Source of the DNA: a virus
Lineage: Duplodnaviria; Caudoviricetes
IMG/VR virus record: IMGVR_UViG_2061766007_000586
Span: 224,001-288,000 of that record
Length of the DNA stretch: 64,000 nucleotides
Strand: one strand, 5' to 3'
Shown here: in pieces, positions 58,501-64,000 of the stretch
Layout: each line of letters begins with the position of its first letter
How positions within the stretch are numbered: the first letter of the stretch is position 1
The notes under the pieces: model-generated
What the model saw: only the letters and a program-made list of their open reading frames with translations
The model's database searches: none
Told to the model about the DNA's origin: nothing
Program-made: the position numbers and the translations under genes

Positions 58501-60348
58501 TACATTACCTTGTTCTCCTGACCAAGAACCTGTTTTACTTCCTAATAGTTTATCATACTTTTCAGGACCAGAATGATAAACTAAGTTATTCTTAATATTT
58601 TTAGAAACAGCCGCATTAATTGCTTCAGTTGATTCAACTGTTCCACGATATCTTCTATTATAACGCATACGACAAGCTCCATCTGATGTAGATTCTTCGA
58701 CAAAGCCTACCTTCTTATATAAATTCTTTGCAGCAGTATTGTTTTCTGCAACATTGATGTAAATGTTTTTATCTTGGTATTTGGTTTGCATAGACACCAT
58801 AAACTTCTTCAATGCTACAAATCCAACACCTTGTCCTTGAGCTTGTTTAAAAATAGCAAAGTTAGTAATAAACAGATTCTGTGGATTAAATTGTAATACA
58901 CCAACAGGATGGTAAGTTTCAGCAAAACTACGTTCTGTATCACTAGCTTTGTATTGCTTCTGAAGGAAGAAATAAACATCAAGTTTACTACTTAATATTT
59001 TTTTCTTAACTTCTTCTTTCGTCCATGTTTCATCTTTAGATGCTTTAGCAGCCAAGTTTACAGATTCTGTAATGAGATCCCATTGTTCATCCGTAATATC
59101 AGTTGCTTTATAGATGAAGATATCATCAGCCACCCACTTATGAATCATTTCTTCATTAGAATCTTTTTGTATCATTAATGTAAGAACAGCAATTTTATCA
59201 TATTTAGATAAAAGCGCAATTTGATCTTTAGTGAGTTCATTGTAGTAAGGATGATCTTTAATGTTTGTAATTTCAAGACGATTTATTACTTTGTATAATT
59301 TATTCCATGGAGTTTGAACAATATCTCCTTCATGAAATTTATTATAATCAGAACTTACTCTAGTTGTGATGATACGATCCTGTTTACTAATTGTTTCAAT
59401 TTCTTCTTTCGGAAAGGTAATGGTACTATACTCATTCATAAAAGATTCTTTTGAAACATCTGGATTGACTTGAGCAACACGATGTCGTTCAGCTTGTGCT
59501 ACCATCATGTTCCAAAATTCAATCATACATGTACCATCTACAGGTAACTTCTCTATGATTCCAGAAAAAGCTGATCTCTTCCAACTATTGGCACAAGCTT
59601 TTGTGATCCATTCGATTAATTCTTTATCTGTTTTAGCATGCCAATTGTTATTTTTAAATGATCCCCAAGAACCTTCAAGCCATTTCCATTCATTGTTCTC
59701 TTGATAGATACAAGTTAAATGGGTTGGATGATCATTACATTTGTTTCCACCATCCCAGAAGAAAACAACTTTATGCGGTATTTTCCATTGGGTTAAGAAA
59801 TGATCACTCATAATAGCAGTGTCGTAGCACACACCTTTTTTATGAAGAATCAAACTCTTATAAGTTCCTGAACGCCAACATTCATCTTCATCTTTATCAG
59901 GACGAACATCTCTTTTATCGATAACAAATCCATATTCAACTATTTTGTAAAAAGCTTTTAAATCATTAATAGATTTAAAATCACTAACAGTCCATGATTT
60001 GGTTTGATTTAATGCTTCTTCAGATTTTCTTAGAGGATAGTTTATTTCATCTTTGCCAGGTTTATCCACTTTATACTGAGGAAGTAAATAATCATAAAGT
60101 TTTTTATTGGTATATCCAAATAATTCTTTACATTTAGCATCTGACTTTTGTTTCATTTCATCTGTCATTAACTGCCAGTTTTGCCAGATGCGCATGAGTT
60201 CTGTTTTGGTTGGTTCTCTATGAATTAACTCTATACCGGTTTTCATTCTCCAACCATGAACAGGATCATGTTTTAATTTTTCTATGATTTCTTCTGAATA
60301 GCCATGCTTTCGCATGTCTTCTTCATTGTAAGGAGGTTCGTAAGGCAT
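52522..60348 (-). CDS. 2608-aa multidomain polyprotein ending in virion RNAP beta C-terminal subunit (phiKZ gp149-like); includes SNF2 helicase, 2 HD, GNAT, transglutaminase-like and 2 ART-like domains
   Basis: single open frame; motifs GLGKT/DESH/SGTP/QASDRVHRIGQ, YHD/CHD, QGQGVG, GVCYD, LPVRRQQQ...GQV.GDSK...VRGG. Confidence 0.85.
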   Translation of the reverse strand: MPYEPPYNEEDMRKHGYSEEIIEKLKHDPVHGWRMKTGIELIHREPTKTELMRIWQNWQLMTDEMKQKSDAKCKELFGYTNKKLYDYLLPQYKVDKPGKDEINYPLRKSEEALNQTKSWTVSDFKSINDLKAFYKIVEYGFVIDKRDVRPDKDEDECWRSGTYKSLILHKKGVCYDTAIMSDHFLTQWKIPHKVVFFWDGGNKCNDHPTHLTCIYQENNEWKWLEGSWGSFKNNNWHAKTDKELIEWITKACANSWKRSAFSGIIEKLPVDGTCMIEFWNMMVAQAERHRVAQVNPDVSKESFMNEYSTITFPKEEIETISKQDRIITTRVSSDYNKFHEGDIVQTPWNKLYKVINRLEITNIKDHPYYNELTKDQIALLSKYDKIAVLTLMIQKDSNEEMIHKWVADDIFIYKATDITDEQWDLITESVNLAAKASKDETWTKEEVKKKILSSKLDVYFFLQKQYKASDTERSFAETYHPVGVLQFNPQNLFITNFAIFKQAQGQGVGFVALKKFMVSMQTKYQDKNIYINVAENNTAAKNLYKKVGFVEESTSDGACRMRYNRRYRGTVESTEAINAAVSKNIKNNLVYHSGPEKYDKLLGSKTGSWSGEQGNVFVTPCKGIVACFLINKKDILAGIEKQLGKKVTSCNFGYDVWNKPISELYSIPNEIGVEMNIRGFKPFKGQSTGYLYTIDFSKYKDKCHMFNKNTNSDVEFVIEGDVDYMKCEPVTVNWVCKSSEEEIKRKGEGSVEELNDMESLSDVTWSEEDLAAAAEALSKGITNYLNIGDHHEIKLAYPEWEKDASFKVTEFFQNAKVEKSTVLQQILNRIKLPSEKLTDELSTVEVNQYDRSQLGAIARSIYEFYIKYMVRCNVFIQKLAQTYFEAHSNEDWAHDVRIKQALEQYDKNLLSIEQIVAYSPFIVKQYAPVELKSSFDLFVDNYVQTQLASLEAKRRESMYSYPDFWDPTNMPTWALVFYMAELAATHHTDELSKSALISFSVNEEQEELASTIYGEIRSFYMDKVHVEPDGTEYSTEGFKKEMIPADIRKKFGKYLYHGTHRDLDINQLAVHFCKNRANRDIKAPVVYMERTLGLASLHCAQFMKGHASKKPDYREHFVEFDKAKDSNTVFKHVEIVHNDPDLKEASGENDGFIYCTKTENCVDKLYFSTPKDKNDYLFVSYSPLPVDKKIKIHITWHRKYDENFAKEAKGNKYAGIESLEYIPDVTDEVSTEDYQLVMDAGKYYIIRSFPVYPFFHRLKKHYNSTKLENLLQIIRSIGITTWFTNTRTIKIHKFFVPELIYLLEKFKMVPFIVDHLRKDTWIGEKPKTHTDCDINRVYRNLNCNLYPHQEKFIKDYADLKDSHKLRGYLLSFSQGLGKTITSVALMEALNKDRVVVICPKNTMVETWKNHFQKFYKAEQSIYVSGVDKEFKGQRFCIFNYDAIDKMNSMAGVKTANMGVIVDESHNFLRIQSGRTRKLIDLAKASDKTDILLMSGTPIKACGVEMIPLLYILDPMFDEEAATIFKNTFGYNVKIATDVLNARLHGVMARVTKEVLNLPPKTRTTIKIKLPNGDKYTTQEVRKGMELYIKERLKYHREHMEEYRKEFIECMEFLEKSKIADDPDFKRYKQIIKKLIHNHGQFEHGDPDIAWANNYEKTVVEKQFTSELLHKFRHCKAAIKYLHLKIRGEVLGQFLGKLRIEMTSAMLKAADIQKLIEEAQKKTIIFTSFVDTIETCEAYVKSLGYKPIVIYGKNSSEIAPLAKLFQTDPSYNPLIASLQTLSTGATLTAANRVIFLNKPWRSVDYEQASDRVHRIGQDCPVDIISLVLDTGDRGNLSTRMEDIMNESAMAFDAIVEEHEKSDKKKNSNEEYSIASSFEGMVLLNDTHEQRVLNSMAQPHYRPEGANSWAHVQHDIANGILLTKAIKHRDLTLQEYATILYHDSGCKSIYPKKDGHGLKGVEIAKPDLKKCGFFSEKEIEDICVAILEHDETTNPKNLHSSELSDLLASADTNPPDIPWILNKSYVWGLRHGCTDHDKNMENVVKYMSKIYGSNGEMIYPKLYREYYKDEIKKMNKFFDKLTVEECVKIVDKYREEHELKHNELTLPEPNTDQKITISTEGMPASYANAQFANNQNKRRIWDVCKKYYDLVGSHGVNHIQEVLATAYVLKGKQDLTDVEYAAIVCHDIGHKQETPETHHNLISVKLAKEELPKLNIFTEEQLEAIYKAVLQHSHSWRKSQNIKIGTLEGLSALVAYADRGFPQTSYYEICLRPTLWILEGHDKTDQPEKWERLHHYKTVDDISIGVLETLEKYKNKRHDENEDSIYTRAFAKERAIQNKLRSEISLDVIKPVVIKIMKDYKYTKAVGAEMYATESLEVSTEATSSEMKIKRKKIQDYILKAMKLLDPNTDINTSYWKKKFDTMSDKDFDNFMHNIREHKENVHMYVPPFKVTLRSKDMVNAAHALGVKLMHRLWMRDQHTGIKYLTPEEYLVVQLPVRRQQQFLDEKLSVPDNDKTIDGLSGQVSGDSKCCSLTSPQIQIFHARNLNASLFELANVRGGNIHNYAEFKRSLEETGEVSLNQLDPMNRTRVAVVGQVWLTAMHLDINLVDI

Positions 60349-60440
60349 GTTGCTCTCCTTTATATATTAATGTATAGCAAAATTCATAGGATGTTTGAGC
60401 AAAAGAAAAACCTGGGAGATAATTCTCCCAGGTCAATCAT

Positions 60441-60938
60441 TCAGTAATCATAAGAATACATATATTTCAGTAATGAGCGAATGCCATCATAATCTAAACC
60501 TTTTTCTTCTTGACTAAAATTATTTACAGCATTAATCGCATCTTCATATTCCTTATCATATATTCGTTTTACTATATCAAAATCTTCATAAATGGATTTT
60601 ATTATTTCATAATCTTTACAATCTTCCATTACCCAATCTGCTTTTACAAAAGCATTTAAAATCCGATTAAGACCAGCTTTTCTAATTCTCCGAGTAGGTG
60701 ACATGATTTGCTTCAATTCGCCAGACTCGTCATGAGTATAAATAGGGTGAGAAAGCTTTCTGCCAAGAATAGCAGCCGCAAGTCTATCAGAAACTCTGTC
60801 AAGATTATCATTCATATTTTCTTTATGATTTTCTTTGCATTGTAGTAATATTCTTTTTTTCTTACATTTACTACTTAAAACATATTTAGATGTTTTCGGA
60901 TTCATATCTACATAAAAACCCATTATGTATTGCCTCAT
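60441..60938 (-). CDS. hypothetical protein
   Basis: AAGGAG SD. Confidence 0.65.
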   Translation of the reverse strand: MRQYIMGFYVDMNPKTSKYVLSSKCKKKRILLQCKENHKENMNDNLDRVSDRLAAAILGRKLSHPIYTHDESGELKQIMSPTRRIRKAGLNRILNAFVKADWVMEDCKDYEIIKSIYEDFDIVKRIYDKEYEDAINAVNNFSQEEKGLDYDGIRSLLKYMYSYDY

Positions 60939-60949
60939 TTTAGTTCTCC

Positions 60950-61156
60950 TTAGTTTAAGATTGCTTCAGTGATTTTTGCAGTGATACCAAAGAGCATGCA
61001 AAATTCGTATACACCAATCACAAGCGCAAGCTTGAAATCGCTGTATTTCACGAACTGGTCGATTTCCTTATCGTAGCATTCACGACAAAGAATTCGCTTA
61101 TCCCATGTGGCAGAACGATCGATTTCTTTCCCACAATGTTCACATTTCTTTTTCAT
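60950..61156 (-). CDS. small zinc-finger protein with hydrophobic C-terminus
   Basis: CEHC...CREC. Confidence 0.7.
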   Translation of the reverse strand: MKKKCEHCGKEIDRSATWDKRILCRECYDKEIDQFVKYSDFKLALVIGVYEFCMLFGITAKITEAILN

Positions 61157-61216
61157 AGAAAACTCCTTGAAAAAGAACCCCAGATTACTCCAGGGTTCCT
61201 TTTCATTTGTTGTTAG

Positions 61217-61693
61217 TTAACCCGCTTTGCGGATTTTGTAGTCGGACAGCAGATCACTAGTGATGTCTTCGAAATTTCCGAAGCTCGCATAGCGACCAGC
61301 TTTCTGCGCGAACGTCAGTTTCACCACGCATCCATTCGGAGCGGTGAAGGTACGAACTTCGCCTTCCTTCGCATCTTTCCAGACATGGAGCGGAAGCATT
61401 TCGGGAGCACGAATCCGACCGATCGCGTCGTGATAGTGATTCGTTCCTTCCGCATCTTCCGGAAGACCAAGCTTCTTCAGCTGTTCACGGTTGAAACCAT
61501 GATCGTTGTGGTTTCGTTCGGGATCATTGCTGATCATCCAGACCTGAAGCAAAGGATCGTCATCCTTCACTTCGATGCCGAGATTGTGAAGATAATCTTT
61601 CTGATACGGGATGTAGGATTTGCAATGCCAGTCGTTGAAAGAGTTGATGGAATTCGGAACGGCGAAGACGGTGAGTTCAAGAGTCTTGTTCAT
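61217..61693 (-). CDS. hypothetical early protein
   Basis: 158 aa behind duplicated promoter cassette. Confidence 0.78.
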   Translation of the reverse strand: MNKTLELTVFAVPNSINSFNDWHCKSYIPYQKDYLHNLGIEVKDDDPLLQVWMISNDPERNHNDHGFNREQLKKLGLPEDAEGTNHYHDAIGRIRAPEMLPLHVWKDAKEGEVRTFTAPNGCVVKLTFAQKAGRYASFGNFEDITSDLLSDYKIRKAG

Positions 61694-61696
61694 GAT

Positions 61697-61767
61697 GTGT
61701 TCTCCTTATTAAGGTTTGAGGTTTATCATTGGAGCAATATATATGTATAAATATTTGAAAGTCACTA
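61697..61767 (-). repeat. early promoter/SD cassette, copy 2
   Basis: 67/71 identical to 37625-37695; overlaps terminator hairpin at 61761-61790. Confidence 0.9.
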
Positions 61768-61837
61768 CGAGGGACATCCCTCGTAGTGACGATAATTATT
61801 TTATTCTTTAGTTCATTAAAGATCTATTTGATAGAGC

Positions 61838-62521
61838 TTATTTGTAAAAAACTGTTCCTTCATATTTTTTATTAAGAGCAGTTTTATCGAGTTTTTTAAA
61901 GAGTATAACAGAATATGCTAATAATTTGCGCATTGATTCTAAATATACTTTACAGCAAGCATAGAATCCTTGTTTTTCCCTTTTGGTTTTATATTTTGCA
62001 AGTATTTTATTAAAAGCAGTAAAAACACCAAATTTATCTATAACATCAACAGGTCTTTGCTTCGCGTCTTCAAATGGAGTATAACGAGCAACATAGTCAA
62101 GTGTTTTCATAAGATCACGAAACGTCCAATATTCACCTGTATTATTATCTTTTATGTTTGGTGCTTTAATTTTTGTATCTTCATCTATATGTCTTTGATC
62201 CAAGTATAATCTAAAATTGCCATGCATTTGACGACATTTATGACTTAATTCCCGAATCATTTTGTATACATTTTCAAAATTATAGTCTTGACTAGCATTT
62301 GGATTATTTAAAACTTTCTTTAAGCCTTCAATACTTGTACCAAGTAATTCTTCAGCCATCTGAATACATTCTTGAGATTTATATTTTTCTACTGTATCAA
62401 TAATGATTCGAGCATTATCAAGATGTTCTTCTTGTAATGCGAGATCATTTAACTTGTTCTCAAGTATTACACATTTAGTTAATGTATCTTTAATAGATAC
62501 AAGAGATAATTCGTTACTCAT
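61838..62521 (-). CDS. putative internal head protein with S-x-E propeptide
   Basis: AGGAG SD before MSNELSL; acidic N-region ending in TSIE, basic remainder. Confidence 0.55.
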   Translation of the reverse strand: MSNELSLVSIKDTLTKCVILENKLNDLALQEEHLDNARIIIDTVEKYKSQECIQMAEELLGTSIEGLKKVLNNPNASQDYNFENVYKMIRELSHKCRQMHGNFRLYLDQRHIDEDTKIKAPNIKDNNTGEYWTFRDLMKTLDYVARYTPFEDAKQRPVDVIDKFGVFTAFNKILAKYKTKREKQGFYACCKVYLESMRKLLAYSVILFKKLDKTALNKKYEGTVFYK

Positions 62522-62633
62522 TTTTTCTCCTACATTATTTTGTTTTAACATTGAATAATCAAAATCGATTAATTCATCAATTGATATACTCATAAAATAC
62601 ATCTCTGCTGGTTAATCCAGCAGAGATGTATAA

Positions 62634-63467
62634 TTAAACAGCTAAACCTTTTTCAAATGATACCCCACGAAATGCAGGTAAGATAGCTTTTGAGAATGCA
62701 TAATCTGAACCATTGCTGTTAGCAATTTCTACAAGATTATTAAAGATTCCATATTTGCCTACTTTTGATGTAGTCGAATTAACAGTTTCATTCGGAATTG
62801 TTAATATCGAATAATTGTCATATGGAATAAGTTGTCCTGTGAGAAAGTTAACAGATAATGCAAAAATTTGTGAAAGATATTCGTAAGATGTAGTATCTAC
62901 CAGACATGCCAGAAATTGTAAACTACGCAAAGATAAGTTTAACCATTCTGCGACAGCTTTTTTCATATTTTGTTTTGGCATTACTAATTGATGCAATTTT
63001 TGTATTTGCATATTAATAGCAACTAACATATCCAGAGAACTATTTTCTTTATCTGTACATTTTTGTAGCATATCATCGATCGATACACCAGTAACACGTG
63101 CTAATGTTTCACCTGGTCCACGATGAAAAATAAAATTATCAAAAAGTTGTATTAATCGTTCCATTAAATTAACACGAGAACAAGGCCATACTTGAAGTAA
63201 CGTCATCAAAATAGGAAAACGAAGAATACGATCGTTTTCGATAATTGATTGAATAATTTCAGATGGGCCTTTATCTTTCATGTTGTTGAGTAATTCAACA
63301 TATTGAGGTGGAACTGAATATCGATTTGTATTACAAAGAATATAAAGTCCTTCTTTATACGGTTGATTAGAACTTTCTTTGATGGAAGCTATCTTTTTTG
63401 TAATAAGGTTTTGAAGTTCTTCCAGTTCTATTATTGTATCTGGGAGATCTTTTATTTGTAAATCCAT
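62634..63467 (-). CDS. hypothetical protein
   Basis: 277 aa; terminator at 62598-62630. Confidence 0.75.
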   Translation of the reverse strand: MDLQIKDLPDTIIELEELQNLITKKIASIKESSNQPYKEGLYILCNTNRYSVPPQYVELLNNMKDKGPSEIIQSIIENDRILRFPILMTLLQVWPCSRVNLMERLIQLFDNFIFHRGPGETLARVTGVSIDDMLQKCTDKENSSLDMLVAINMQIQKLHQLVMPKQNMKKAVAEWLNLSLRSLQFLACLVDTTSYEYLSQIFALSVNFLTGQLIPYDNYSILTIPNETVNSTTSKVGKYGIFNNLVEIANSNGSDYAFSKAILPAFRGVSFEKGLAV

Positions 63468-63957
63468 GAGGACGTTTTTCCTTTTTGGCAGGTTTCGGTA
63501 ATAAACGACGGTAAGTAGTTACAATCTCTTTAATGTCCTGTGTAGGAGATAATTCTCCACCACATGCCATAAACTGATGAATTGCATCATTACGTTCTTT
63601 ATTATCTTCCAGATATCTGCTAAATCTTTCTTCATCATTTCTCTTAAATGCATTGAAAAATTTAGCTAATGACCCAATAGGAAGTTTTGCATAATCTATC
63701 TTGAACCAACGATGACCACTCATCATGGAAGGTAATGTAAATCTACAATTCTTAGCTAATGTTTTTCTCCATTCTTTTGGAGACAAATGAATGTATCCTC
63801 TTAAACGATTAGCGATTGTACCTTGTCTTGGCATTTCTCTCATGCAAGAAACATCTTGAGATATGATTCCTCTACGTACTTGTGAGAGGATTTCTTGACG
63901 CATAACAGAATTATTAGGCTGATCAAAAAACATTAGAGCAAGTTTCCACCGATTCAT
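63367..63957 (-). CDS. hypothetical basic protein
   Basis: 196 aa; overlaps next gene by ~100 bp. Confidence 0.65.
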   Translation of the reverse strand: MNRWKLALMFFDQPNNSVMRQEILSQVRRGIISQDVSCMREMPRQGTIANRLRGYIHLSPKEWRKTLAKNCRFTLPSMMSGHRWFKIDYAKLPIGSLAKFFNAFKRNDEERFSRYLEDNKERNDAIHQFMACGGELSPTQDIKEIVTTYRRLLPKPAKKEKRPHGFTNKRSPRYNNRTGRTSKPYYKKDSFHQRKF

Positions 63958-64000
63958 TTTAATTAAACCATGAATAAACTTGACTCGGAAAGAAGTTCCA

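Noticed and set aside
52522-60348. Inteins explaining the large ORF
   Set aside because: No C/S...HN-C/S/T splice motifs or LAGLIDADG blocks recognised
11940-62630. Long perfect palindromes as a novel repeat family
   Set aside because: Unrelated sequences located at gene ends; best explained as intrinsic terminators typical of phiKZ-like phages
1-64000. Stop-codon recoding
   Set aside because: Long core genes are intact in the standard code and no suppressor tRNA was seen

Overview
AT-rich segment of a phiKZ-related jumbo phage genome read in the standard genetic code; family assignments come from motif recognition and synteny, not database searches. About 1-8.6 kb is an RNA island. It holds 10 canonical tRNAs, including a rare tRNA-Ser(ACT), interleaved with about 10 stem-closed non-coding elements, a mimic of the 23S rRNA L11-binding domain, an HNH endonuclease, a methyltransferase, an RfaE-like nucleotidyltransferase and DUF488. 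It also holds a Ro60/TROVE-like DUF2828 vWA gene whose leader contains three expanded tRNA-like RNAs and three hairpins sharing one motif. About 8.7-18 kb holds early accessory genes behind TATATTAC-type promoters (including a membrane-tailed AcrIII-1/DUF1874 ring nuclease), a patatin and a probable head protein. About 18-51 kb is the phiKZ-like core: a ClpP-like pair, prohead protease, gp26-28-like proteins, tail sheath and tube, portal, gp127/128-like proteins and the nvRNAP beta N-terminal half. At 52.5-60.3 kb a 2608-aa ORF strings about 10 enzyme-like domains (transglutaminase-like, GNAT, two ART-like, SNF2, two HD) onto a virion RNA polymerase subunit, with S-x-E prohead-protease motifs at every junction. 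The best candidates for new systems are this cleavable virion polyprotein and the Ro60-like protein with its tRNA-like RNAs and rRNA-mimic neighbours.
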